Shown here piece after piece: positions 30,219-40,934 of a stretch of 64,000 nt of DNA. The translations under genes and the position numbers were made by a program. Numbering within the stretch: the first letter of the stretch is position 1; every line of letters begins with the position of its first letter. Source of the DNA: Candidatus Poribacteria bacterium (GTDB lineage Bacteria > Poribacteria > WGA-4E > WGA-3G); assembly GCA_965197475.1 (NCBI GenBank), contig CBDANF010000003.1, positions 3,520,001-3,584,000 of the forward strand, read 5' to 3'. The notes under the pieces are model-generated. The model was not told the DNA's origin. It made no database searches and worked only from the letters and a program-made list of their open reading frames with translations.

Positions 30219-31172
30219 TTATATTCTCAGCACTTTCTCACGATGCCAACTCAAAGCCTCTTGATCCGGAAAAAGTTCCTTTTGTTCAGGCAGCAAAATT
30301 GACTTATCCCGCAGTGTACTTAGTAACCACTCCGTTGGTCCCCGCTCCGACATCAACTCTGAAACAATCACTGTATAGGTATCGCTAAAAGAAATAAGAC
30401 CTTCATCAAATGCCCAATGGTGTAATTGGCAAAGAGAAATCCCATTCCGCACATCGTCGTTGTTCGAAATTGTAAACGGTATTATGTGTGCTGCCTCAGT
30501 CACACTTTGTCCATCTAATGTAAGAATATGAAGTTGACAAACAACACAAGTGTATTCGTAAATTCGCATAATTGCCCGGCGGAACGCGGGTTTGCGAACT
30601 GGATTTTCTGCTTCGATTGGTGCTGTCTGTTGTAACGCAATAAATTCGTGTTCCACTTGTTCAAGTATTTTCTGACTATATTCACCAATTTGCCTTTCTT
30701 CAGCAATGAGATTTTGGATTTCTTCCTTGAAGTCAGACAAATAGGTACTGATAATTGTTTGACGAATGATCTCTCGTGTTTCAGGTTCAACAAGTAAAGC
30801 AAAGAGCTCATCGTCAAAACTACCGAAAGCCACAATTTCACGAAGACGAGAAACTGTCTTTATCTGAGTGACTACTCTTAACGCCGTTTCATATCCAGGA
30901 TTCGCGTAAAGATGCCAAAATAGGCGTTTATCCAAGTGGAAAAATGGTAATGCAAGATTAGGCTTTCGATCAGTGATTTTTGTCCAATACTTCACGAATG
31001 CCTCCATTAAACCGGGAGAAAGAGTGACTTTGTTTTCTTCAATCTGTCCCTGCTCAATCAGCTCAATAATTGCCAACAAGAGCACTGGTTGGTGAGGGGC
31101 ATTGCCGTGTGCCCTGTCTATTCGCAAGTTTTTAATCTCATGGAGATATTTTTGTAGGGTATTGCTAAACAT
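30219..31172 (-). CDS. SBD-HNH phosphorothioate-dependent restriction endonuclease-like protein
   Basis: APHQPVLLL and PFFHL sulfur-binding-domain motifs; CxxC...AAHIIP...NGISLCQLHHWAFD HNH. Confidence 0.75.
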   Translation of the reverse strand: MFSNTLQKYLHEIKNLRIDRAHGNAPHQPVLLLAIIELIEQGQIEENKVTLSPGLMEAFVKYWTKITDRKPNLALPFFHLDKRLFWHLYANPGYETALRVVTQIKTVSRLREIVAFGSFDDELFALLVEPETREIIRQTIISTYLSDFKEEIQNLIAEERQIGEYSQKILEQVEHEFIALQQTAPIEAENPVRKPAFRRAIMRIYEYTCVVCQLHILTLDGQSVTEAAHIIPFTISNNDDVRNGISLCQLHHWAFDEGLISFSDTYTVIVSELMSERGPTEWLLSTLRDKSILLPEQKELFPDQEALSWHREKVLRI

Positions 31173-31275
31173 TTTCCTTATAATGTATCTCAACATTACG
31201 CAAAATCGAAAATGAGCACACTCTACCGTCTATGACGGTTCTGATGATGTTTGTCTTTTTATTCAGTCACTGTTC

Positions 31276-32085
31276 TTAAGGTGATAATCTACTTTTTTCA
31301 ATTAACAGTGCAGCTGCCTCATCTATGGTGACCTCTTCATCTTTTGCAAAGCGTCCCAATGCTCTATGAATTTGATGTCCAAGTGTAACAGAAATTTGTG
31401 TAACCTTTTCACCACTCTTTGCACGTTCAATCACTTCATCTACAGATGCAAAAGGATTCTCTGCAAATTGATTTTGAATATTCTTCTGTTGTGCCCCACT
31501 CATGCTCGTCATTTCTTTCGCAAGTTTTACGAATTCCTGCGGATCTGGTTCGCCTTCTGTAGCGAGTGCATCCTGAGCACGAAGGGCAGCCTTCAAGTCA
31601 GCTTCTCCAGTGTCGACAGCCTCTTGAAGATCGGGGATTAACCTATCATATTTGACATACTGCCCAACTTTTGTAGTGGAAAGTCCTGTTTCCTTTGCCA
31701 CTGCTTTTACTGATGCATAATGCTTATAAAGGTGAGTACAAACGTCAATAAGGTCTTTCCTGTTAAGGTCGCTACGAACAATGTTTTCCGTTACCGACAA
31801 CACTTTTGCGTCAATTTCATCCAAACGTTCGTCAAGTATCCCAGCCATAATTGTTTTTTCGTTCAGTTCGTGATGTGCTAAAAAACGTCTTTGGCCGAGT
31901 ATAATTTCATATTTATCACTGGATTCCAATGGAGCAACGAGTATAGGTTCTAAAAGTCCTTTTTTTTGAATGCTGTTTTTCAAATCATCGAGATCTTTTT
32001 TCGCATCATTGCTTGAGCGAGCTTGACTCGCCCCAATTACCAGGTCCTCCAAAGGAATTTCTTTGAATTCTACAATTTTTGCCAT
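31276..32085 (-). CDS. ParB/Srx-like N-domain protein with HTH and possible C-terminal RHH
   Basis: LKNSIQKKGLLEPILV...IILGQRRFLA...ENIVRSDL; GGAGG RBS. Confidence 0.75.
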   Translation of the reverse strand: MAKIVEFKEIPLEDLVIGASQARSSNDAKKDLDDLKNSIQKKGLLEPILVAPLESSDKYEIILGQRRFLAHHELNEKTIMAGILDERLDEIDAKVLSVTENIVRSDLNRKDLIDVCTHLYKHYASVKAVAKETGLSTTKVGQYVKYDRLIPDLQEAVDTGEADLKAALRAQDALATEGEPDPQEFVKLAKEMTSMSGAQQKNIQNQFAENPFASVDEVIERAKSGEKVTQISVTLGHQIHRALGRFAKDEEVTIDEAAALLIEKSRLSP

Positions 32086-32127
32086 CTCAATTTCCTCCTA
32101 TTTTCTAATACAAAACTGAATAAGATT

Positions 32128-32214
32128 AATATAGCATAATCTCAAAAAAATGTCAAGTTTTTTCAAAGCCTAACAAATAAATATTTGACAGAAAAGGGTA
32201 AATTATGGTATCAT
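32128..32214. promoter_or_regulatory. Divergent sigma70 promoter pair
   Basis: Minus strand: TTGACA(32156)-N17-TATATT. Plus strand: TTGACA(32185)-N18-TATCAT. Confidence 0.55.
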
Positions 32215-32311
32215 AATAAGATAAAACATAGTGTTACCGCGTAATAATTCTGACCAACACAGACTAACTTCAACTGTCCGAGTTTACACTTCGAAAAATC
32301 TGGCGAAAAAC

Positions 32312-33442
32312 ATGGAACAGTTCCACTTCAACTACAAGGATATTACCCAAACTAACCGGTATGGATTCAGTGGTAGAAGGATAGGGATTCATCTGGTGGG
32401 GATACTTCTCGGCTACCTGATTTATGAAATTTTGATCTATCTCAGCCTCTTCATTGCGGGAGGCTCAGAAGTGAAGACGTTTTGGAGTTCCTACGGTTTT
32501 TTGCCGGTTACGCCATTTGCCGCTGCCGAATTCAACATGCTCACGACCGTAGCAATGTGGTTAGGTATATTTGCCTTTGCAGCTATCTTTTTCCTTGTCA
32601 GTACAATAGCCTCCAAAATTACCATTGAACAGTTACGTGGCGATGTTTTCTTTTCAGTTGGAAGTGCTTTAAGTTTTTTAAGGCAGCATTGGAAAGCTAT
32701 CTTCGGATCATTTTTCGGATTAGTTTTTATTGGACTTTTTCTACTCTTAATACCGGTTAGCGTTGCGCTGCTGGGAAAAATCCCTTTTCTTGGTAAACCC
32801 ATTCTCGGATTAGCGTCCCTTTTTACACCTATCGCCTTTTTGCTCGGACTACTTCTTGCATTTATTATCACTGTTTTTATTTCAAGCCTGTTTTTTGTGC
32901 CAGCTATTGTTGCCACCACAGGTGCAGATACGTTTGAAACCATATACCAACTTTTTGCGGTAGTATGGAATCAACCTTGGCGACTCATAGCCTATGGGGT
33001 GCTCTTGTTCGTTCTAAAACTCATCCTTGTGCCAATTTGGGCAATCTTCTGTTTTGCTGGGTTTTTGATAGTCCTACTGCCAACGTATTTTTTACATAAA
33101 ACATATATACAAGAATCGATGGCATTTGCCAATAAATGGTTGGGAGGTCCACTTCAGAAATTTGTGGGTCTTTTTTCTCAGGACAACACTATTATTTTGG
33201 GTGTCAATACATCCCAACTTCCTGTCGCGACTATCTCAACGATAATATGTGCTATTTTGATAACGTTAACGTTAATATGTATTGCAGGTGGTATTATGGC
33301 ATATCTCTTTTCTCTCGCGTCAGTTGGCACAACACTAATATATACGATAATTCGAAAACACATTGACGGACAAAATATTATAGAAACCATCGGAACAGTT
33401 GCGTCAGTGGAACCGCCACCACTGCTAATAGGAGATGAATGA
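32312..33442 (+). CDS. Multi-pass membrane protein
   Basis: Several long hydrophobic helices; lies upstream of secA. Confidence 0.6.
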   Translation: MEQFHFNYKDITQTNRYGFSGRRIGIHLVGILLGYLIYEILIYLSLFIAGGSEVKTFWSSYGFLPVTPFAAAEFNMLTTVAMWLGIFAFAAIFFLVSTIASKITIEQLRGDVFFSVGSALSFLRQHWKAIFGSFFGLVFIGLFLLLIPVSVALLGKIPFLGKPILGLASLFTPIAFLLGLLLAFIITVFISSLFFVPAIVATTGADTFETIYQLFAVVWNQPWRLIAYGVLLFVLKLILVPIWAIFCFAGFLIVLLPTYFLHKTYIQESMAFANKWLGGPLQKFVGLFSQDNTIILGVNTSQLPVATISTIICAILITLTLICIAGGIMAYLFSLASVGTTLIYTIIRKHIDGQNIIETIGTVASVEPPPLLIGDE

Positions 33443-33478
33443 TATTGAACAGACGTTTGATAAAGTTCATAGAAGAAT

Positions 33479-36190
33479 ATGTTTGAAAAAATAATGACAA
33501 AAGTTTTCGGTAGCAAGGAAGACCGTGATGTAAAACGTTTTAGTGATGTCGCTGAAGCGGTCAACCAACGTGAACCGGAAATGAAAAAATTAACGGATGC
33601 ACAACTCCAAGCAAAAACCCCGTACTTTCGTCGACAATTAGATGCAGGCGCACCCCTTGATGACTTATTGCCAGAGGCATTTGCCGTTGTTCGAGAAACA
33701 GCGGTGCGGACATTGAAACAGCGGCATTACGATGTTCAGATAATCGGTGGTGCAGCACTACATCAGGGTGCTATCGCTGAAATGAGAACGGGTGAAGGTA
33801 AAACCCTAACTTCAACTCTTGCAATCTATTTGAACGCGCTTACTGGGAATGGTGTTCACCTCGCCACTGTCAATGACTATCTTGCCCGTCGTGATGCTGA
33901 GTGGATGGGAACAATATACAACTTTCTTGGATTGTCCGTTGGATTAACATTGAACCAGATGCCTTATGAACAGAAAAAACTTGCGTATAAAGCGGATATC
34001 ACCTACGGCGTTCACAGCCAATTCGGATTTGATTACCTGAATGATAACAGAGCGCAAACAGCAGAGACAAAAGTACAACGTGGTCATCGCTACGCCATCC
34101 TTGACGAAGTAGATAGTATCCTCATTGATGAAGCACGCACGCCTCTCATTATCTCTGATTCATCTGATAAACCCGCTGAGCTTTATAGGAGAATTAATAG
34201 TGTCGTTGCGCGCCTTCAAAATGAAGAGCATTATGAAATTGACGAGAAGGGAAAGTCTCGCGGGAATGTAACCCTGACAGACGAAGGAATTGAAGAAGTA
34301 GAACGTCTTCTTGGGGTAGGCAATATGTATGATCCTGACAACGTCATGCTTGTGCACCATGTAAAACAAGCCTTAAACGCACATCATCTCTACAAACGCG
34401 ATATTGACTATCTCGTTGAGAATGGTGAAGTCCTGCTTATTGATGAATTCACCGGAAGAAAGTTAGTCGGTCGTCGGCTTAATGAAGGGTTGCATCAAGC
34501 CATTGAGGCAAAGGAACGCGTAAAAATCGCGCAGGAAAGCGAAACTTTTGCGACCATCACTTATCAAAACTATTTTCGGTTGTACGACAAACTCGCAGGG
34601 ATGACCGGTACAGCCGCAACCGAGGCGAACGAATTCGCACACATCTATGAGTTAGATGTCTTTGTTGTTCCTACCAATGAACCGATGATTCGGATTGATC
34701 ACCCAGACCAAATCTACCTAATCGAGGAAGCAAAATATAACGCTGTTCTGGAAGATATCCATGAACAGCATGAAAAAGGACGTCCTATCCTGGTCGGAAC
34801 TATTTCCATAGAAAATTCTGAGAAATTAAGTAAACTTCTCAGAGCGAGACATCGAAACATTAAGCACCAAGTGTTGAATGCTAAAGAGCATACTCGTGAA
34901 GCTGACATCATTGCCCAAGCTGGAATGCCAGGCGCAGTAACAATCGCTACCAATATGGCGGGTAGGGGTGTTGATATCTTGCTCGGTGGTAATCCTGAAG
35001 GCTTGGCTAAAGATACCTTGCGAAAGAAAAAAGTTGACCCTAATTTTCTTGAATCGGAGGAGGGGCAGGCAGCTTTAAGAGAAGCTGAAGCGATTTGCGA
35101 ACAGAATAAAGAACAGGTGCTAAAAGCCGGTGGGCTACACATTATCGGGACAGAAAGACATGATTCCCGTAGGATTGATAACCAATTGCGTGGTCGCGCG
35201 GGAAGACAGGGAGACCCAGGTTCATCAAGATTTTACCTCTCACTTGAAGACGATCTCATGAAAAAGTTTGGTTCCGAGCGTGTGCAAGGGTTTGTGAGCA
35301 GTGTCGGAATGAGAGCCGGAATGGAAGAAAACATTCCACTTGAACACCCATGGATGACGAAATCTATTGAAAAAGCACAGACTCGTGTTGAAGAAATGAA
35401 TTTTGAGATTCGTAAGAATATTCTCAAATTTGACGATGTAATGGATGCCCAACGTGAGACTATCTATTCGTTAAGGGATTCAATCCTATCTGATGAAAAT
35501 CCAAAAGAAACCGTTTGGGAAATGATTGAAAACGTGGTCGCTGATCAGATTGAGGAAATTATCCCTGAAAAAGGACCCCGTGACACAGAAGTGCTTGACC
35601 AATTTTCGAAATGGTTGACAACGACTTTCACGATTAATCCTACCTTCAAAACCCCACTGATCGAAATATCCCCTGATGATCTTTACGCAGAAATCATTGC
35701 AGAACTCAAAATCGCTTATGAACGACGTGAGACTGAAATGGGGTCTGAGACAATGCGACTCCTTGAACGTCTTCTGCTCTTAGATAGAATTGACAACCAT
35801 TGGAAAGACCATCTTTACAATATTGACTTTATTCAGCACGGGATTAGATTTGAAGGTTATGGAGGCAAAGACCCAATTGTCGTTTTCAAAAGTGAGGCAC
35901 TCGGTATCTTTGAATCCATGTATCAAAATATCGAAAGCCAAGTCAGCGAATTTATATTTAAAATGGTAGTTAGTACGCAAACACCCCGCCGCGTGCCGAA
36001 TAGACAACCAAGGAGGTCGCCGCAAAGGACACCTCCCCGCAGGGATACTAATTATGATACTAATTATGATAGTAAATCTGAAGCAGAATTTGCTTCACAG
36101 CAGGCAATGGGGACGACGCGAAAAGTCGGACGAAACGAGCAATGTCCATGCGGTAGTGGAAAAAAATATAAGAAATGCCACGGACAGTAA
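33479..36190 (+). CDS. secA: Preprotein translocase ATPase SecA
   Basis: EMRTGEGKT, DEVDSILIDEARTPLIIS, ATNMAGRG, C-terminal CPCGSGKKYKKCH. Confidence 0.97.
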   Translation: MFEKIMTKVFGSKEDRDVKRFSDVAEAVNQREPEMKKLTDAQLQAKTPYFRRQLDAGAPLDDLLPEAFAVVRETAVRTLKQRHYDVQIIGGAALHQGAIAEMRTGEGKTLTSTLAIYLNALTGNGVHLATVNDYLARRDAEWMGTIYNFLGLSVGLTLNQMPYEQKKLAYKADITYGVHSQFGFDYLNDNRAQTAETKVQRGHRYAILDEVDSILIDEARTPLIISDSSDKPAELYRRINSVVARLQNEEHYEIDEKGKSRGNVTLTDEGIEEVERLLGVGNMYDPDNVMLVHHVKQALNAHHLYKRDIDYLVENGEVLLIDEFTGRKLVGRRLNEGLHQAIEAKERVKIAQESETFATITYQNYFRLYDKLAGMTGTAATEANEFAHIYELDVFVVPTNEPMIRIDHPDQIYLIEEAKYNAVLEDIHEQHEKGRPILVGTISIENSEKLSKLLRARHRNIKHQVLNAKEHTREADIIAQAGMPGAVTIATNMAGRGVDILLGGNPEGLAKDTLRKKKVDPNFLESEEGQAALREAEAICEQNKEQVLKAGGLHIIGTERHDSRRIDNQLRGRAGRQGDPGSSRFYLSLEDDLMKKFGSERVQGFVSSVGMRAGMEENIPLEHPWMTKSIEKAQTRVEEMNFEIRKNILKFDDVMDAQRETIYSLRDSILSDENPKETVWEMIENVVADQIEEIIPEKGPRDTEVLDQFSKWLTTTFTINPTFKTPLIEISPDDLYAEIIAELKIAYERRETEMGSETMRLLERLLLLDRIDNHWKDHLYNIDFIQHGIRFEGYGGKDPIVVFKSEALGIFESMYQNIESQVSEFIFKMVVSTQTPRRVPNRQPRRSPQRTPPRRDTNYDTNYDSKSEAEFASQQAMGTTRKVGRNEQCPCGSGKKYKKCHGQ

Positions 36191-36252
36191 GAGTATTAAA
36201 GAAATTGAGACAACATGATCTTTCAATCTGTTAACATTTATGGAGAACTGTT

Positions 36253-36447
36253 TTGAATTCTGAAAAGTCTTATACATTATCGCAAACGTTGCTTGATATT
36301 CTCGCGTGCCCCGCATGTAAAGGCAAAATTGAACACGTGGAGGATGATCAAAAACTGGTATGTCGTGGGGAATGTCAACGCCGCTACCCGATTCGCGATG
36401 GGATTCCCGTCATGCTGATTGATGAAGCAGAATTACCTTCTACGTAA
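36253..36447 (+). CDS. Trm112/YcaR family protein
   Basis: LLDILACPACKG...YPIRDGIPVML. Confidence 0.85.
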   Translation: MNSEKSYTLSQTLLDILACPACKGKIEHVEDDQKLVCRGECQRRYPIRDGIPVMLIDEAELPST

Positions 36448-36488
36448 CATTTACCTGAACCACTGTTTGATATTGGTCATAACAGAAA

Positions 36489-37724
36489 ATGCGAATCTTA
36501 TTTTTGAGTCTGCGGTGTCCCTATCCTCCACAGCGAGGGGACCGCATCCGATCATACCATTTTATCAAACAACTTTCGAAACGGCACGATGTTACCCTGG
36601 TATTCTTTACTGAATCTGATGCTGACATTGAAGCGACTAAGCATCTTCAACCTTTCTGTGAGCGAGTGGAGTGGGTTCGGTTTCGCCCTTCCTTTGCGTC
36701 GATTAATACAGCGATACATTGCTTTTCTCGGATTCCTATGCAGGTACACTATTGGTATTCACCACAAATGCAGCGTAAAATTAACCAACTTCTTGCAGAG
36801 GAAGATTTTGAACTAATCCATGCTCAACTCTTTCGTATGGGGCAATATGTAATAAAAGCTAAAGGCACAGCAAAGGTTTTGGATTTGTGTGATTCGTTAG
36901 CACTGAATTTGAGTCGTCGAGCAGAATTAGATTGCACGCCAAAACGTTTTTTGGTAAAATTGGAGGAAAAGCGAGTTCGACGTTATGAAGTAGAGATTAT
37001 GAAAGCGTTTGATCGCGGAACCGTTGTAGCCGAATTTGATCGGGATTACCTGCTCAATCAAGATGGCAGTCTGAATTTATCCGTTGTTCCTATGGGGGTT
37101 GATCTCAAATATTTTCATCCAAACCCAGCTAACGGAAAAGATACTGCTGAAATGGACAACTTGGATTCAAATGTTCAAACTGATTTGGCAAACGATAAGG
37201 CAAAAAACCTGCTTTTTACCGGAACTATGAACTATTTTCCGAACTCAGATGCAGTCATCTACTTCTGCGAAAACATTTTTCCTTTGATACAGAAACGGCA
37301 CCAGGATGCCACTTTTTTTATTGTTGGCAATCATCCAACAGAACAAGTGCAGCGGCTTGCTGCTCAGAAAGGAGTCATAGTCACAGGTTATGTGCCTGAC
37401 ATTCGTCCCTATTTTGAAAAGGCATCTGTTTTTGTTGCACCTTTACGTGCCGGTTCAGGTATTCAAACAAAGAACTTAGAGGCAATGGCAATGGGAACCC
37501 CCGTTGTTACCACTTCAATTGGGGCTATGGGTTTAGAGGCAGAGGTTGACAAAGAACTGCTGATCGCGGATACCCCTGAAATCTTTGCCGAACGGGTCAT
37601 TCACCTAATTGAAAATCCTGATATTAGAGAAAACCTTGCCAACGCCGGCAGAAAGCGAGTTGAAGCAAGTTACGATTGGCCCGTACTCGTTGAATGCCTG
37701 GAGCAAGTTTACGTCCAAATCTAA
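36489..37724 (+). CDS. GT4 glycosyltransferase
   Basis: PYPPQRGDRIR, FTGTMNYFPN and GIQTKNLEAMAMG motifs. Confidence 0.85.
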   Translation: MRILFLSLRCPYPPQRGDRIRSYHFIKQLSKRHDVTLVFFTESDADIEATKHLQPFCERVEWVRFRPSFASINTAIHCFSRIPMQVHYWYSPQMQRKINQLLAEEDFELIHAQLFRMGQYVIKAKGTAKVLDLCDSLALNLSRRAELDCTPKRFLVKLEEKRVRRYEVEIMKAFDRGTVVAEFDRDYLLNQDGSLNLSVVPMGVDLKYFHPNPANGKDTAEMDNLDSNVQTDLANDKAKNLLFTGTMNYFPNSDAVIYFCENIFPLIQKRHQDATFFIVGNHPTEQVQRLAAQKGVIVTGYVPDIRPYFEKASVFVAPLRAGSGIQTKNLEAMAMGTPVVTTSIGAMGLEAEVDKELLIADTPEIFAERVIHLIENPDIRENLANAGRKRVEASYDWPVLVECLEQVYVQI

Positions 37725-37774
37725 TTTTCGGAACTGAAATTTATTCGTCAAAAGGTATTAGACATTATAATGAA

Positions 37775-38823
37775 TTAAATAGAAGGAGTTTCATAACGCC
37801 AGGGTCTGAAGTTTAGGCGAAAATTGTGTAAACCACAACAGGTTTCCATAACTAAATCACAAAACCCTTTCTTCCAATTCCTGAGTTTATCTTTGACAAT
37901 GCGGCATCTTTTGACACCACTAATCGCATGTTCAACGCGTATGCGTATAGACGCTATCTTTCTATTGTTTTCTTTTTCTTCATTCGTCCGTTCTCTACCT
38001 CTCGGTTTTTTCTTCGGTTGAATGATGTTTATATCCGGGAGAACGAAACCCTGAAAACCGGTATCTTGGGACAATGTGCTACCCTGTGGCACACAATAGC
38101 CCACCATATCGGCTATGTGTTTGTCATGGTGTCTTCCTTCAAAAGAGGGTGTCAATAGGACAACTTTGCAGGTCTCATTGATAATCAGATTATTTTTCAC
38201 TGTATGACATTTCTTTTTACCACTATAATAACCCTTCGCTCATGTATAAAGTGTGTGCTGTTGTTTTCAATAAACGCAGTGGCCACGCGGGTTTAACTTT
38301 TTCATTAGCACTCATTCTTTACATGAGCCTAACCCTTTTGAGTTTGTGGGTCTTTGGGGCGTCGTATCGGGCGTTCGGTGCTATCATGAAAAAAATGTTC
38401 TCCTTCTTGATTTTGAGTTGATACTTTTGATGGAGCACATATAGGTGCGGGGTCTGTTTCCCGAGATGGCAACTCTCCAAGTTCTGCTAATGCTTTGTTC
38501 AATATCGATAAAAGCAAGTGAATCCATCTATTAGCAAGAGGTTGAGACATGCCAAAGAGCGCACCGAATAGCACTTGTTTCGGTGCTTCACGAAGGTAAA
38601 TCAGTATAAATAGCAACATATCTTCAGGTGTATCAAAACGACTATTTTTATACGGTTTATATCTCCGTTTTTTGCGCGGTTTTCCTGCAAGGGTATGTGT
38701 TTGAACATACTCTAAAAAACATTTAGTAAAATAAGGTGATAGTTCAGTCCAATCTTCTAAAGTATATCCGGTGAGGGACAGGAGCGTATCAGGTTTGTCC
38801 TTTAGTTCTTGAAAACTTATCAT
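37775..38823 (-). pseudogene. IS5-family transposase split by a 93-bp insertion
   Basis: Removing 38237-38329 and one TSD copy restores ...QKGYYSGKKKCHTVKNN in frame. Confidence 0.8.
38237..38329. mobile_element. 93-bp MITE related to IS1595
   Basis: Ends CGCTCATGTA.../...TACATGAGCC; 8-bp TSD TAACCCTT (38229-38236, 38330-38337). Confidence 0.85.
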
Positions 38824-38960
38824 GAGTTAGCCTCCTATTGTCCGATTGTAATAAGTATAATAGAGACTAACCAAACGGACAACTAATTAGTTATAATGTC
38901 TATTATACATTTATATTTTACGCTGGTTACTAACGAATTCACCCAAGTAGAGGAGGTAAT

Positions 38961-40934
38961 ATGGAAAAATCCAGAATAAAATGGAGTTCTTCAATTGTTG
39001 TTGACATACTGCTTATTAATCTTGCATTTCTTTTAACTTATTTTACTTGTAGGCAACTCAACTTTGATGTCCTAACACGGTTCGAGCAGATATCAGTTCT
39101 ATCTGATATTTCGCCTTACCAACTTTTATTTGGTATTGCTGCTGTTATAACATTAGTACGCATCATTACCTTCTTATGTTTTCGAATTTATAAACCGATT
39201 TGGCAGTATGCTGGAGCTAAAGAATTTCGCTCTTTAGCAACCGCTATTGGCATATCTGGCTTAATACTTATTAGTCTATCGGCATTTCTGAAGTGGTTTG
39301 ATACTTGGAGTTTCTTTTTAATTGATGTATTCTATAACGTTTTCTTAATCGGTTTCGCAAAATTTTCCCATAGTCTTTTTCGAGAAGGTAGACTAAAAGA
39401 GGTTGCCTCACCACGAACCAAAGTTCTAATTGTTGGTGCGAGGGCTGCTGGCATTGGGGTCTTAAGGGAATTGCGCAGCCACCCTGAGAAAGGATACCTA
39501 CCTGTTGGGTTTATTGACGATAACTTGCAGAAAGTGGGCAAGACTATTGCTGGTCTTGAAGTACTCGGCACTACGCGTGACCTTACCTACATTGCAAGGA
39601 AACGTGAAATTGAAGAAGTTATCATCGCTATACCATCAGCACCAGGTGGGAAAATTCGCGATATTATCCGACAGTGCAAATATCGACGATGCCAATTCAA
39701 AATAGTACCAAATATACACGCTATAGTTGAAGGTCGGGTCAGTATCAACCACATCCGTGAGGTAAAATTGGAAGAGTTACTCAACCGCTCTACTGCACCA
39801 GTTAACTTAGCCGAGATTTCAAAATATCTCTCTGGAAAACGGGTGATGGTAACTGGTGCAGGTGGTTCTATCGGTTCCGAACTCTGCCGACAAGTCGCAA
39901 AATTGGATCCTGAACTGCTACTCCTCTTCGGGCGCGGTGAAAATAGTTTGTATCATATTGATATGGAATTGCGTGAATCCGATCCCCCGCTTAATCGTGA
40001 ACTAATCATTGGCGATATTCGAGATAACTCCAAAGTTTTTCAAATCATCAAGCGTTACCGCCCACATATCATCTTCCACGCAGCTGCCCATAAACATGTC
40101 AAATTCATGGAAATTCATCCGGATGAGGCAGTGAAAAATAACATTCTTGGCACGAAAAATCTGATTGATGCCGCAATTAAACATCATGTTGAAGCGTTCA
40201 TCCTTGTATCCTCGGATAAATCTGTCAATCCAACGAGTGTCTACGGTGCCTCAAAACGGGTAACCGAAAAACTTATCCAATGCAAAGCGAATCGAAACGG
40301 CACGAAATTTATCGCTGTTCGATTCGGCAATGTCATCGGTAGCCGTGCAAGCGTCCTGCCAAACTTCAAACGACAAATAGCCAAAGGCGGTCCAGTCACA
40401 GTCACACACCGTGAAGCAACTCGCTACTTTATGACGATCCCAGAAGCGGTACAACTCTTAATCCAAGCAGGAGCTATGGGAAATGGTGGAGAAATCCTGA
40501 TGTTGGATATGGGTGAACCTATTAAAATTCTTGACCTCGCCCGTGACCTGATTCGACTTTCCGGTTTAGAACTTGATAAAGACATTAAGATTGACTTTAT
40601 TGGTTTGGATCCGGGTGAAAAACTCTATGAAGAGCTTCTTACTCCCCAGGAAGGTGTGACAGCGACTAAACATCAACGTATTTTTGTCGCACAAATGGAA
40701 AATATAGAGGAAGAACAGCTACTATCTCAAATTGGAGAACTTTCACAATTGGCTGAAGAACTTGATACTGATGGAATTATAGCAAAATTCCAAGAATTAG
40801 TGCCTACTTACGAACCAAATCGCGCATTCATAACAAGTAGTGATACGAATCAATCTGATATTAGAAGGCATCTTATCAGTTCCAGCCAAGATACTGAGAT
40901 AGTTAAACCTGTGCCTACAGACAGAGGTCTATAA
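38961..40934 (+). CDS. CapD/PglF-like UDP-GlcNAc 4,6-dehydratase
   Basis: TGAGGSIGSEL, HAAAHKHV, SSDKSVNP and RFGNVIGS motifs. Confidence 0.9.
   Translation: MEKSRIKWSSSIVVDILLINLAFLLTYFTCRQLNFDVLTRFEQISVLSDISPYQLLFGIAAVITLVRIITFLCFRIYKPIWQYAGAKEFRSLATAIGISGLILISLSAFLKWFDTWSFFLIDVFYNVFLIGFAKFSHSLFREGRLKEVASPRTKVLIVGARAAGIGVLRELRSHPEKGYLPVGFIDDNLQKVGKTIAGLEVLGTTRDLTYIARKREIEEVIIAIPSAPGGKIRDIIRQCKYRRCQFKIVPNIHAIVEGRVSINHIREVKLEELLNRSTAPVNLAEISKYLSGKRVMVTGAGGSIGSELCRQVAKLDPELLLLFGRGENSLYHIDMELRESDPPLNRELIIGDIRDNSKVFQIIKRYRPHIIFHAAAHKHVKFMEIHPDEAVKNNILGTKNLIDAAIKHHVEAFILVSSDKSVNPTSVYGASKRVTEKLIQCKANRNGTKFIAVRFGNVIGSRASVLPNFKRQIAKGGPVTVTHREATRYFMTIPEAVQLLIQAGAMGNGGEILMLDMGEPIKILDLARDLIRLSGLELDKDIKIDFIGLDPGEKLYEELLTPQEGVTATKHQRIFVAQMENIEEEQLLSQIGELSQLAEELDTDGIIAKFQELVPTYEPNRAFITSSDTNQSDIRRHLISSSQDTEIVKPVPTDRGL

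Larger units (their letters stand above)
37759..38902 (-). mobile_element. IS5/ISL2-like insertion sequence, transposase interrupted by a MITE
   Basis: Inverted ends TAGACATTATAA (37759-37770) and TTATAATGTCTA (38891-38902); DDE fragments DSTERPIRRP, YSGKKKCH, DTGFQG, RIRVEHAI. Confidence 0.8.

Noticed and set aside
24550-32200. Integrative element boundaries for the defence island
   Set aside because: No integrase, tRNA or flanking direct repeats found by eye.
36044-36071. 12-bp tandem duplication (DTNYDTNYD) in secA
   Set aside because: In-frame change in the variable C-terminal linker; unremarkable.
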